From assembly GCA_001552015.1 (NCBI GenBank), contig CP010514.1, forward strand, positions 120,001 to 152,000: 32,000 bases of DNA, in the 5' to 3' direction. The translations under genes and the position numbers were made by a program. The notes below the pieces were generated by a model, which did no database searches, had not been told where the DNA came from, and saw only the letters and a list, made by a program, of their open reading frames with translations. Source of the DNA: Candidatus Nanopusillus acidilobi. GTDB taxonomy: Archaea; Nanobdellota; Nanobdellia; Nanobdellales; Nanobdellaceae. Shown one piece after another: positions 1 to 9,037 of the stretch (the stretch's first letter is position 1; every line of letters starts with the position of its first letter).

Positions 1-2070
1 ATAGCTGTTTATACAAATTATAGTAATTCTACAACAATATATGTAAATCAATTAACAGGAAATACTGCTTTGCCAGTTACTCTTTCTTGTTCAACAAGTA
101 ATTCAAATCTACAATGTTCATTATCTAATACCACTGTTACTCCAAATGCATCAGTAACTTTAACCGTTACTGCATCATCATCATCAATTACCCCAGGAAC
201 ATATTCAGTAACAATTTCAGGTACAGCGCAAAATGGAGTTACGAATTCTACTACTATAACAGTTAATGTACAACAATTATATAATAACCCACAAATATAT
301 ATTATATCCCCATCTAATAATTCAGTATCAAATTATTATCAACTAAATATATCATTCTATACAAATTATCCAAATGTAAATGTAACAATAAATGGACAAA
401 CATATAATATAAATGTAACACCAGGTAATAATATTATTCAATTAAATTATGAAAATTCATCATATAATTTACCAGGATTATATAATATTATACCAAATGG
501 AGGAAATATTACAATAGAATTATCAACATCGAATCCTGAGGGAATAACAAATTCAACAGGAATATATGTTTATACATTACCTTCACCAATATTTAATGTA
601 TCATATACATATCCTACACCATCAAATGGTACACAAGAAAATATATGGTTATTAGAAGTTAGTGCAAATGTATATGATAATACTTTAGGTCAAGATTATT
701 GTCAAATACAATTATTAAATCAAACAAGTAATCAATGGGTAACAATAATTAATTCATGTTCAGATATATTATATAATGGAATATTACAAGAATATGCAAA
801 ATTAAATAGTAATGGATATTATTCAATATGGTATAAAGTATATGCATATAATAATTATGGATTAAATCAATATACAAATCCCCAGGTAATATATATATCA
901 CAAAATGCATATAATGTATCAGTAATAAATCCAACATTAAGTAATACACAAATACAAGGAATAATAGATTCAGCAATTAATAGTTCTATACCTGTAGTAG
1001 TATTCTCTCCAGGAGTATATTTAGTAAACTTAATAATAAACCCACAAGGTCAAAATATAACATTATTAGGACAAAATACAATATTTGAACCTGCAAATCC
1101 AGGATTACCTGTTATAGATGTATTATCATCAAATGTAACAATACAGAATATAAATATTAATACAAATCTATTTGCAATAAATGTAGAAAATGGAACTATT
1201 AATTTAATAAATGATAATATAAATTCAGGATTGTTTGGAATAGATGTAAAGAATCCATCAGTAGTAAATGTATATAATTCTACAATAAATGGAAATATAG
1301 GAGGAATATATGGTTATATACAAAATTCAACAATAGAAAATACAAATATTCAATCATCAGTATGGGGAATATATGATGACAATCCATATAATGTAATAAT
1401 AAATAATTCAAATATAAATGGACAAATATTTGGAATAGATTTTGATGGAAATGCAGTAAATAATGTAATAGAAAATAGTAATGTAATATCTAACATATTT
1501 GGAATAAAGATAAATAATGGAAATAATAATAATATAATAAATAACAATATAGAATCAAATATATTTGGAATATATTTAACATCTTCAGGAAATAATATAG
1601 AAAATGATTATATAAAAGTAGGACAGGTATTTGGATTATATGAAACTGCTTATAATAATATAATAAATGTAACAACAAATGGAGGATTATTTGGATATTA
1701 TTTAACAGGTAATGCAACAAACATATCATTATATAATTCACAATTAGGTATTGAAATATATGGAAGTGGATATATAGATAATTTAACAACATCTACAGGA
1801 AGTGTAAATGTATATTATAATAATTCACAAGGATTCATAAATAGTTTAAGTAGTGTAATATCTAGTACGAATGTAAATAACACATTATATAATTATTATG
1901 AAGGAATATCAATAATAGGAAATATAAATGGAAATATTACATTTATTAATCTATTATCTGCTACTAGTTATATTGTAGAAAAGATAGTAGGAGGTAATGG
2001 AAATATAATATCTACAAATAATACATTTATACCACAAGGATTTGGAAATTATGAACTATTTTATCGCTAA
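1..2070 (+). CDS. Large secreted/surface protein with parallel beta-helix repeats, 5'-truncated by the window edge
   Basis: Frame 1 is open from nt 1 with no stop before the TTG at 70 used by the ORF track, so the gene starts upstream of the window. The protein is Asn/Ser/Thr-rich with dense N-x-S/T sequons (NSTTITV, NVTING, NITIEL, NVSYTY, NQTSNQ and more). Its C-terminal half carries about 22-aa repeats ending in F/W-G-I (NGQIFGIDF, SNIFGIKIN, SNIFGIYLT, GGLFGYYLT), typical of PbH1/NosD-like right-handed beta-helix surface proteins. Confidence 0.75.
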   Translation: MAVYTNYSNSTTIYVNQLTGNTALPVTLSCSTSNSNLQCSLSNTTVTPNASVTLTVTASSSSITPGTYSVTISGTAQNGVTNSTTITVNVQQLYNNPQIYIISPSNNSVSNYYQLNISFYTNYPNVNVTINGQTYNINVTPGNNIIQLNYENSSYNLPGLYNIIPNGGNITIELSTSNPEGITNSTGIYVYTLPSPIFNVSYTYPTPSNGTQENIWLLEVSANVYDNTLGQDYCQIQLLNQTSNQWVTIINSCSDILYNGILQEYAKLNSNGYYSIWYKVYAYNNYGLNQYTNPQVIYISQNAYNVSVINPTLSNTQIQGIIDSAINSSIPVVVFSPGVYLVNLIINPQGQNITLLGQNTIFEPANPGLPVIDVLSSNVTIQNININTNLFAINVENGTINLINDNINSGLFGIDVKNPSVVNVYNSTINGNIGGIYGYIQNSTIENTNIQSSVWGIYDDNPYNVIINNSNINGQIFGIDFDGNAVNNVIENSNVISNIFGIKINNGNNNNIINNNIESNIFGIYLTSSGNNIENDYIKVGQVFGLYETAYNNIINVTTNGGLFGYYLTGNATNISLYNSQLGIEIYGSGYIDNLTTSTGSVNVYYNNSQGFINSLSSVISSTNVNNTLYNYYEGISIIGNINGNITFINLLSATSYIVEKIVGGNGNIISTNNTFIPQGFGNYELFYR
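1171..1770 (+). repeat. Coding tandem repeats (about 66 nt / 22 aa, PbH1-like beta-helix turns) inside the surface-protein gene
   Basis: Recurring nucleotide core aatatttggaata / ttatttggata and recurring peptide pattern N-x-I-x-N-x-N-I-x-S/G-x-(I/L/V)-F-G-(I/L). Confidence 0.6.
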
Positions 2071-2143
2071 ATATGCTTTTGGATTTTATTATAATATTTT
2101 GTATATAAATAGATATTTTATGTATATGGTATAATATATTTTT

Positions 2144-2875
2144 ATGATAAAAGTAGGAACCTGTGGATTCCCTATATCAAGGAAAAAATATTATGAAGAA
2201 TTTAATGTAATAGAAATAAATAGTACTTTTTATTCAATACCGGATATTGAATGGGTTAGAAAAATAAGAAAAGAAGCACCTGAAAATTTTGAATTTACAT
2301 TTAAGGCATTTCAAGGTATTACTCATGATGTAAATTCTTTTACATGGAGAAGATCAAAAATAAAGAATTATAAAGAATTAAAGGGAAGAGTTGGATATTT
2401 AAGAAATACAAAAGAAGTATTTGAATTTTGGGAAAAACAAGAAGAAATTGCAAATATATTAAGAGCAAATATAATTGTTATTCAATTACCATATTCATTC
2501 AAAGATACAAAAGAAAATATTGAAAATGCATATAATTTCTTTAATTCAATTGGTAAAAAATATAGAATAGCAATAGAATTAAGGGGATGGAGTAAAGAAA
2601 ATAGGGAAAAAATATGCAAAGAATTTGATTTAATAGATGTAGTAGATATAAATGTTGAGGAACCTGTATATGATTCTGATATAAAATATTATAGATTGCA
2701 TGGATTGCATGAAGGAAATATGTTAATATATAGTTATGATTATTCAAAGGAAGAATTAAATAGAATAAAGGAAAAAGTATTAAAATATAATAAAAAGGAT
2801 AGTTACGTGATGTTTAATAATTCAATGATGTATGAGAATGCAAAAGAATTTTTAGAATTGATAAAAAATGTATAA
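2144..2875 (+). CDS. DUF72 (UPF0759/YecE-like) family protein
   Basis: N-terminus IKVGTCGFPISRKKYYEEFNVIEINSTFYSIP...W....P.NFEFTFKAFQGITH matches the DUF72 signature (G-T-x-G-W/F, E-x-N-S-T-F-Y, F-x-x-K-x-x-x-x-I-T-H). The stop overlaps the truA start by 8 nt. Confidence 0.8.
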   Translation: MIKVGTCGFPISRKKYYEEFNVIEINSTFYSIPDIEWVRKIRKEAPENFEFTFKAFQGITHDVNSFTWRRSKIKNYKELKGRVGYLRNTKEVFEFWEKQEEIANILRANIIVIQLPYSFKDTKENIENAYNFFNSIGKKYRIAIELRGWSKENREKICKEFDLIDVVDINVEEPVYDSDIKYYRLHGLHEGNMLIYSYDYSKEELNRIKEKVLKYNKKDSYVMFNNSMMYENAKEFLELIKNV

Positions 2876-3632
2876 TTATTTATTAAGAATAAAATATAAT
2901 GGAGAAAATTATCATGGAATTGCATATCAAAAAAATTTAAAAACAATTTCTGGAGAAATTTTAAATTATTTTGATATAAAAGAATTTAGATTATCAATTG
3001 TTTCAAGAACTGATAAAGGAGTAAATGCAGAAGAAAATTATATTGTTATATCTTCAGATAAAAATATTGATTTTTCAAATTTTCAAAATAATGATATAAA
3101 AATATTGAATGTATACAAATTAAAAGAATTTATTAATATTAGAAAATTTTCTAGAGGTAAATTATATGAATATAAATTACCAAAAAAATTGTTTGAGAAA
3201 AAATATATGCCAAAATATTTAATAAATAATGAAAAAATTTTAATAAAATCTGAAGAAAAGGAATTTGATATAAATAAATATATAGAGGCATCAAAGCATT
3301 TTATAGGTATAAAAAGTTTTCATAATTTTGCAAAAGGAAAGGTTAAAGATTCAATATGTAATATAACAAAATTTGAAGTAATTGAAGATAATGATTTTTA
3401 TATAAATTATATTGAAGGAAATAAATTTTTGTATGAAATGATAAGAAGAATTATTACATTTTTAATTTCTGTTGGTTATAATTTGTTTCCTTTGGATTTA
3501 ATTGAAAAAGTTTTTATATATAATTTAGAACCAAAACCATTTCCTTCAGATCCAAGATATCTAACATTAAAAAAGGTTTACTTGGATTGGAAAGAATTAT
3601 ATAAATATATTGAAGATGTTATTGAAATATAA
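2868..3632 (+). CDS. truA: tRNA pseudouridine synthase A (TruA/Pus1 family)
   Basis: YLLRIKYNGENYHGIAYQ followed by SRTDKGVNA, which is the catalytic-Asp R-T-D-K-G-V-H/N-A motif of TruA. Size of about 254 aa fits. ATG overlaps the DUF72 stop (aaaATGTATAA). Confidence 0.8.
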   Translation: MYNYLLRIKYNGENYHGIAYQKNLKTISGEILNYFDIKEFRLSIVSRTDKGVNAEENYIVISSDKNIDFSNFQNNDIKILNVYKLKEFINIRKFSRGKLYEYKLPKKLFEKKYMPKYLINNEKILIKSEEKEFDINKYIEASKHFIGIKSFHNFAKGKVKDSICNITKFEVIEDNDFYINYIEGNKFLYEMIRRIITFLISVGYNLFPLDLIEKVFIYNLEPKPFPSDPRYLTLKKVYLDWKELYKYIEDVIEI

Positions 3633-3662
3633 TGTTTTTAATATTTCTATAATAATATTGTT

Positions 3663-3986
3663 ATGATTGTAGTATTTCTATCTGTAAAAAGTGGAGATGG
3701 GATAAATATTTCTAAAAGAATATTAGAAAGAAAATATGCAATGTCTATAGATATAAAGAAAGTTGAAACATTGTATTTAGAAAATGATAATATTAAAGAG
3801 GAAGATAGGGAATTATTATTAATAAAGACAAGAGAAGAATTATTTGATAAAATAGAAGAATTAATAAAAGAAATATATAAAAATAATATAATTGAAATCT
3901 ATTCAATAAATGTTGAAGATGCAAATAAAGATTTCTTAGATTTATTGGAAAAAGAAACATCTATAAAGAAAATAAAAAATGCTTGA
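3663..3986 (+). CDS. Hypothetical acidic, helix-rich protein
   Basis: ORF only, with no recognisable motif. The stop overlaps the map start by 8 nt, suggesting co-translation. An alternative start exists at the internal ATG at 3738. Confidence 0.4.
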   Translation: MIVVFLSVKSGDGINISKRILERKYAMSIDIKKVETLYLENDNIKEEDRELLLIKTREELFDKIEELIKEIYKNNIIEIYSINVEDANKDFLDLLEKETSIKKIKNA

Positions 3987-4860
3987 AGATTTAAAAAAGG
4001 CTTCTGAAATCACAAAAAAAGTAAAGAGAGAAGCTGAGAAATTATTGAAACCTGGAGAAAGTATATATAATATTGTAGAAACTATTGAACAAAAAATAAT
4101 AGATTTGGGTGGATTTCCATCATTTCCTGTTAATATATCTATAAATAATATAGCAGCACATTATACACCAACAATAAATGATAGTACAACATTAAAAGAT
4201 GGGGATGTTGTAAAGTTTGATTTTGGTGCGCAGGTTAATGGTTATTGTATGGATACAGCATTTACTGTAGAAATAAATGATAATAAATATAAAGATCTAA
4301 TTGAAGCTTCTAGAAATGCATTAGAAAATGTTAAAAAAATAATAAGAAAAGATATTGAAGTATCTGAAATTGGAAAAGTAATAGAAAGTACAATTAAATC
4401 TTATAATTATAATCCAATATATAATTTATCTGGTCATAAAATAGAACAATATATTTTACATTCTGGAATTACAATACCAAATTACGATAATAAATCAAAA
4501 ATAAAATTAACTGAAGGAATATATGCAATTGAGCCATTTGCTACAAATGGAGTAGGACTTGTAAAGGAAGATAAGCCATCTGGAATATATTCTATAATGT
4601 CTGATAAACCAATTAGAGATCCAAATATTAAGAAATTTTTCCAGGAGATATATAATAAATATAAAACTCTTCCTTTTGCATATAGATGGTTATATAATGA
4701 TTATAATAATAAAATAAACTTAAAATTATTTATAGAATATCTAAAAAAGAATGGAAATATTTATGAGTATCCAATATTAGTAGAACAATCTAATGGAATA
4801 GTAACTCAATTTGAAACAACTTTTTATATTTATGATAGAGTTTATGACATGATGGATTAA
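3979..4860 (+). CDS. map: Methionine aminopeptidase, type 2 (archaeal)
   Basis: Metal-ligand blocks are present: AAHYTP, KFDFGAQVNGYCMDTAFT (two Asp), SGHKIEQY (His), AIEPFATNG (Glu), QFETTF (Glu). Length of about 293 aa is typical of archaeal MetAP2. Confidence 0.9.
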   Translation: MLEDLKKASEITKKVKREAEKLLKPGESIYNIVETIEQKIIDLGGFPSFPVNISINNIAAHYTPTINDSTTLKDGDVVKFDFGAQVNGYCMDTAFTVEINDNKYKDLIEASRNALENVKKIIRKDIEVSEIGKVIESTIKSYNYNPIYNLSGHKIEQYILHSGITIPNYDNKSKIKLTEGIYAIEPFATNGVGLVKEDKPSGIYSIMSDKPIRDPNIKKFFQEIYNKYKTLPFAYRWLYNDYNNKINLKLFIEYLKKNGNIYEYPILVEQSNGIVTQFETTFYIYDRVYDMMD

Positions 4861-4953
4861 TATTGAGGGGATATTATATCATGGTCGTGTTAAATTGACT
4901 TAAACAAATGTTAAAACAAAAAGTTTTTATATTAGTTAGTCAATAATATTATT

Positions 4954-5181
4954 ATGGCAAAGAGAACAACACCAATTCCAGTGGCACCACTATATAGAAT
5001 ATTAAGAAAGGCCGGTGCATCAAGGGTAGGACAGGATGCAAAATTAGCAATGGTAGAATCAGTATTGCAAGTAGCAGAGGCAATATCTGCTAGAGCAATA
5101 GAATTAGCAAAACACGCAGGAAGGAAGACTGTACATGAAGATGATATAAGGTTAGCAATTAGGGAACTTAGAGGCCTATAA
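4954..5181 (+). CDS. Archaeal histone (HMf-type histone fold)
   Basis: 75 aa. PIPVAPLYRILRKAGASRVGQDAKLAMVESVLQVAEAISARAIELAKHAGRKTVHEDDIRLAIREL is a full histone fold with the conserved RKT...DI..A motif. A T6 run follows the stop. Confidence 0.9.
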   Translation: MAKRTTPIPVAPLYRILRKAGASRVGQDAKLAMVESVLQVAEAISARAIELAKHAGRKTVHEDDIRLAIRELRGL

Positions 5182-5238
5182 GGATATATATTTTTTGAGT
5201 TTGTTAATTTTTATAAAACGTTGTTATAATATATATAG

Positions 5239-5856
5239 ATGGAATATTCAGAAAGAAAACCAATAGATTTTAAGAAGGAGAGGCCACAATTATTTGAAAT
5301 GAAGGGTATTTCAGCAAAAACAATAGAAGAACATTTGAAGATATATGAAGGATATGTAAAGAAATTTAATGAGATAACACAAAGGCTAAATAATTTGACA
5401 GATGAGGATTATAATGCAGCAAATGTAACTTATTCATTAATAAGGGAATTAAAAGTTGAATGGACTAGAGCTTTTGGTGGAATGATAAATCATGAAATAT
5501 ACTTTAGTCATTTAGGAGGAGAAGGTGGAAAACCTGGATCATCATTGGGATCTCAAATAGATAAAGACTTTGGATCATTCGAAAAATTCGTTAAAGAAAT
5601 GAAAGCAACTGCTATGGGTGCAAGAGGATGGGCTTGGTTATTATGGTCTGATGATCTAAATAGATTGGTAATTAGTATATCCGATGAGCAAAATACATAT
5701 ATGGTACAAAATTCAAAATTAATATTGGCATTAGATGTATTTGAACATGCATATTATTTAGATTATGGAAGTAATAGAAAAGGATATGTAGATGTATTCT
5801 TCGATAATATAGATTGGTCAGTAGTAGAAAAGAGATTTGAAGCATTAAAAGTATAA
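5239..5856 (+). CDS. sod: Fe/Mn-family superoxide dismutase (divergent N-terminal domain)
   Basis: Ligand motifs are present: EEH in the first helix, INHEIYFSHL, and the C-terminal DVFEHAYYLDY (D-x-W/F-E-H-A-Y-Y signature). Confidence 0.85.
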   Translation: MEYSERKPIDFKKERPQLFEMKGISAKTIEEHLKIYEGYVKKFNEITQRLNNLTDEDYNAANVTYSLIRELKVEWTRAFGGMINHEIYFSHLGGEGGKPGSSLGSQIDKDFGSFEKFVKEMKATAMGARGWAWLLWSDDLNRLVISISDEQNTYMVQNSKLILALDVFEHAYYLDYGSNRKGYVDVFFDNIDWSVVEKRFEALKV

Positions 5857-5864
5857 TTTTTAAC

Positions 5865-6530
5865 GTGTTTTTAGATTCTATAATCTATGAATCAAATAAA
5901 TTAAATAGTGAATGTGATTTTAAAAAATTAAACATAAAATTAAATATAAAAGGAAGGCAAGAATATTATGGAATGAAATGTTATGATAAATATTATATAT
6001 TTAATATAAATGAATGGAAAGAAAATTTATCTTATAAGGAAATTATATATCTATTAGATTTTAAGGAAGAAGAATCATATAAAATAGATAGAATATATAA
6101 AAAAATGGAAGAGGATCCTTCAAAATTTTTTGATAACCTATTTAATAAATTTAATAATAAATATAAATACGAGGATGAGATAGATTATAATTTTCCATTT
6201 TTATCTTTATTAAAGAAAAATAAGTCAAATTATGAAGATATTATTATTATTAATATAAAAAACAATGAAATATATACACCGAATGTATATAAATTTTTAT
6301 TGAAAAAGATTTGTATGGAGATATCTTTTTATATATCTAATGATCCTCATATTACTACAATAATAAAGACCTATAAAAACGATAAATTTTTGAGGGATTT
6401 TTTAATATTTTATAACAATAAAATAAATAAATATGAAATTTTAGAAAACATGGATGGAAAAATAATATCTGAAAATATAGAGTATAATAAGAGAGAATTA
6501 TGCGAAGAAGTAATTGAAAGCATTAGATAA
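5865..6530 (+). CDS. Hypothetical protein (GTG start, 8 nt after the sod stop)
   Basis: ORF only. It is Lys/Asn/Tyr-rich with no recognisable motif. The first in-frame ATG is 36 codons in, so the start is uncertain. The stop overlaps the next ATG by 1 nt (TAATG). Confidence 0.4.
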   Translation: MFLDSIIYESNKLNSECDFKKLNIKLNIKGRQEYYGMKCYDKYYIFNINEWKENLSYKEIIYLLDFKEEESYKIDRIYKKMEEDPSKFFDNLFNKFNNKYKYEDEIDYNFPFLSLLKKNKSNYEDIIIINIKNNEIYTPNVYKFLLKKICMEISFYISNDPHITTIIKTYKNDKFLRDFLIFYNNKINKYEILENMDGKIISENIEYNKRELCEEVIESIR

Positions 6531-7363
6531 TGTCATTAGATTCAAAATCTTTATCAGAGATCGTTTCTTTACATTCTTTAGATCTATCAGAATTAAAATT
6601 TAAAAGTAAAGGCCCTTTAGGTGAAAGGTCTTTTCAAAAAAGGTTAGATAAATTATTGGAAAGTTATGGAAGTTATGGAATTTTAGCATACATCTTATTA
6701 GGAAATCTTCAAATTAGGCGTACTATAAATTATAATGGAGGATATGTGTTATATTCTCCAGTAGAAAAAATAATAAGCAAAGAAATTATAAAGATAATAT
6801 TTGGAGATTCACCTAGATATAAAGAGATAGAAGATTCAATAGATATATATACAAAAAATGGAGAACTCTATCTGCCACAAAGATTAAAAGATCATACTAT
6901 AGGAGAGGCAGAAATAGATGCTCTTGTTATTGCAAGAGGATACGATGGTAAATTATTTTTATATAATATTGAACTTAAAGGAGGTTTGATGAAAAATGAA
7001 AATGATGAAAGATATAAAAAAGCGCATTTGCAATTATTCAGATCTACTGATATTTTAATAAATGCTTTATTAGAAACAGAAATAATTAGTAAAGATTCTG
7101 AATTTTATACCTTTAGTATCCTCTATTCAAGATATTGGTATAGAACCGTTTATCTCTTCGTATATAAAAATAGAAATCTTTATGCATATTATGTTAACAA
7201 TGAAGATAAAAGTATAGAATATCAGATTCCCTTAAATGGACTAGAAATGAAAAAATATGCAGATTATAATAAAGATGAGTTTGAATATAGTATGGAAAAA
7301 AGAGGTATTATTTTATATTTACTAGGTTTAGGAAATCATAAGAATTATAAAAAATATAGGTAA
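6530..7363 (+). CDS. Hypothetical protein with a PD-(D/E)xK-like nuclease motif
   Basis: GEAEIDALVIARGYDGKLFLYNIELKGG fits the restriction-endonuclease-fold core (D...hydrophobic strand...E-x-K). The N-terminal KGPLGERSFQKRLDKLLESYG resembles the helix-1 Glu region of Hjc-type enzymes, but the spacing is much longer. Confidence 0.45.
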   Translation: MSLDSKSLSEIVSLHSLDLSELKFKSKGPLGERSFQKRLDKLLESYGSYGILAYILLGNLQIRRTINYNGGYVLYSPVEKIISKEIIKIIFGDSPRYKEIEDSIDIYTKNGELYLPQRLKDHTIGEAEIDALVIARGYDGKLFLYNIELKGGLMKNENDERYKKAHLQLFRSTDILINALLETEIISKDSEFYTFSILYSRYWYRTVYLFVYKNRNLYAYYVNNEDKSIEYQIPLNGLEMKKYADYNKDEFEYSMEKRGIILYLLGLGNHKNYKKYR

Positions 7364-7435
7364 GAAATATTAAGTGAAAAACTTTGTTGTATTATATTTT
7401 TATTCAAAATCTTTTACATTAGGTCTTATAAAGAA

Positions 7436-7936
7436 CTAAGTAATAATTAAATTGTGTTCATATTCTAATAATTTTCTTTTAAATTCAACTCCTAAAGGTG
7501 TATAACCAGAAATATCATTTTCTTTAATAACTCTATGACATGGAATTAAAATAATAAATGGATTATTTTTTATGGCATTTAATATTTGTAGCATATTATA
7601 TTTTTTATTTAGGCTATTATATAATTCCCTATATGTTATTGTTTTTCCAAAAGGTATTTCCAATATTTTTTCGTATATATCTTTATATCTATATTTACTT
7701 AGATCTATATTAAATTTCTCTTTATTATTTAGTACTCTATTTATTTTTTCTTGAAAAAATTTATCTAAATTTTCATCAAAAATAAGATCTCCGTTTAAAT
7801 TATGAAATTTTGCAATTTTTACTAAATTTTTTGTTAATATATCTATATTATTATGTAAAGAATAAGCAACAATTTTTCCATTTAACATTATGTATCCAGA
7901 ATATAATTCATAATCAAATATTTTTATCATAATCAA
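7436..7936 (-). CDS. ogt: Methylated-DNA--protein-cysteine methyltransferase (O6-alkylguanine-DNA alkyltransferase)
   Basis: ITYRELYNSL...NPFIILIPCHRVI..N..ISGY contains the PCHRV active-site motif and helix-turn-helix region. Start could be ATG 7936 or 7930. Confidence 0.85.
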   Translation of the reverse strand: MIMIKIFDYELYSGYIMLNGKIVAYSLHNNIDILTKNLVKIAKFHNLNGDLIFDENLDKFFQEKINRVLNNKEKFNIDLSKYRYKDIYEKILEIPFGKTITYRELYNSLNKKYNMLQILNAIKNNPFIILIPCHRVIKENDISGYTPLGVEFKRKLLEYEHNLIIT

Positions 7937-8044
7937 ATATTATTAGAAAAATTTATATTATCCAGTAATTTATTATTAAATATGGGTTGTACTAGAGGAA
8001 AAAGAAAGACTAGTAAAGAAAGTAAAGAATAAAAATAATTAGGT

Positions 8045-8494
8045 TTAAAGGCCTTTGCTATGTAGTTCTTTAATTTTTTCTAATGCCTTGTCAGCATGTT
8101 CTGCAGCATTTTTTAATGATTTTAATGTTTCAATAATCTTTAAATTTTTATCTATTATAAAAGTAATTCTACTTGCCCCTTTTCCTCTATCACTTTTTGC
8201 ATTAAATAATTTTATTATCTTTAATTCAGGATCTGCAACTAATGGGAATTTTGCACCATATTTTTCTGCAAATTTCTTCTGTGTATCTAATTTATCATTA
8301 CTTACCCCAATTATTTCTGTATTATATTTTTTAAATTCTTCATATAATTCTACAAATCTCTTTAACTCTTGTGTACATCCGCTAGTAAATGCCTTTGGGT
8401 AGAAATACAAAACTACGAAATCTTTTTCCTTTAATACATTGCTCAATTTTATTTTTCCATTTGTACTTTCTGCTTCAAAATCTATAGAATCCAT
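8045..8494 (-). CDS. bcp: Peroxiredoxin, Bcp/PrxQ type
   Basis: VVLYFYPKAFTSGCTQELKRF matches the Bcp motif YFYPKxxTxGCTxE. Size is about 149 aa. Confidence 0.85.
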   Translation of the reverse strand: MDSIDFEAESTNGKIKLSNVLKEKDFVVLYFYPKAFTSGCTQELKRFVELYEEFKKYNTEIIGVSNDKLDTQKKFAEKYGAKFPLVADPELKIIKLFNAKSDRGKGASRITFIIDKNLKIIETLKSLKNAAEHADKALEKIKELHSKGL

Positions 8495-8545
8495 ATATAA
8501 TAGTGAATAGAAAACTTTATAATTATTATATTAAATTAGTTATTA

Positions 8546-8986
8546 ATGGTACGAAGATCGTATATAGATGATATAGATAATAAAATAATTAAGATATTAA
8601 TTAATAATTCGCGTATATCAAACACTAAAATAGCAAAATTATTAAATATATCAGAAGCTTCTGTTAGAAAAAGAATTAAAAAAATAATGAAACATGGTAT
8701 AATTAAAAAGTTTACAGTTGAATTAAATTATAACTTATTAGGGTATAAAAGAGTATTTATAGGATTGAATATAGATAAGGATAAAATATTTAATATATTA
8801 GAAAAAATATCTAAAAATAAAAATATAAAAGATATATATTTAACTGGAGGAGATCATGATATATTAATAGATTTCTTATATTCTAAACCTGAAGAACTTG
8901 ATGAATATATAAAATATTTACAAAGTATTGAGGGTATTAAATCTGTATGGCCGACAATTGTAATAGATTATTATCAATTACGATAA
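8546..8986 (+). CDS. lrp: Lrp/AsnC-family transcriptional regulator
   Basis: DDIDNKIIKILINNSRISNTKIAKLLNISEASVRKRIKKIMKHGIIKKFTVELN is the HTH_AsnC region followed by a RAM-like C-terminal domain. It lies between the two peroxiredoxin genes. Confidence 0.85.
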   Translation: MVRRSYIDDIDNKIIKILINNSRISNTKIAKLLNISEASVRKRIKKIMKHGIIKKFTVELNYNLLGYKRVFIGLNIDKDKIFNILEKISKNKNIKDIYLTGGDHDILIDFLYSKPEELDEYIKYLQSIEGIKSVWPTIVIDYYQLR

Positions 8987-9037
8987 TTTAGGTACGAATT
9001 TTAACCTTTATAAAAATAATATATAACTATATTTTTT

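Noticed and set aside
749-1792. Minus-strand ORFs 749-976, 1350-1547 and 1490-1792 inside the surface-protein gene
   Set aside because: They lie antisense to a well-supported repeat-rich gene. Their translations are low-complexity Leu/Ile/Phe/Tyr/His strings, typical of shadow ORFs in AT-rich DNA.
4954-5181. The histone gene looks much more GC-rich than its flanks, raising the possibility of horizontal transfer
   Set aside because: The excess GC comes from Ala/Gly/Arg/Val codons required by the conserved histone fold. Third positions remain A/T-biased (gca, aga, gta), consistent with native codon usage.
7982-8032. A 16-codon ORF (MGCTRGKRKTSKESKE) in the ogt-bcp spacer
   Set aside because: It is too short, has no hydrophobic or structured character, and has no promoter geometry. 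It is most likely chance.
8055-8402. Other track ORFs overlapping supported genes on the opposite strand: 2541-2747, 7572-7754, 8055-8402, 9980-10198, 11291-11533, 12501-12758, 15693-15992, 16551-16739, 16932-17141, 17550-17783, 19889-20086, 24841-25203, 25124-25327 and 30243-30482
   Set aside because: All are embedded antisense in genes with clear motifs or membrane-protein architecture, and none has recognisable features of its own.
8519-8530. ATAATTATTATA within the paralog promoter cassette as a specific operator
   Set aside because: The same 12-mer also occurs upstream of lrp at a different distance from the ATG. By itself it is likely low-complexity AT sequence. Only the full cassette including the TATA spacing and ATGAGTGA start is treated as significant.
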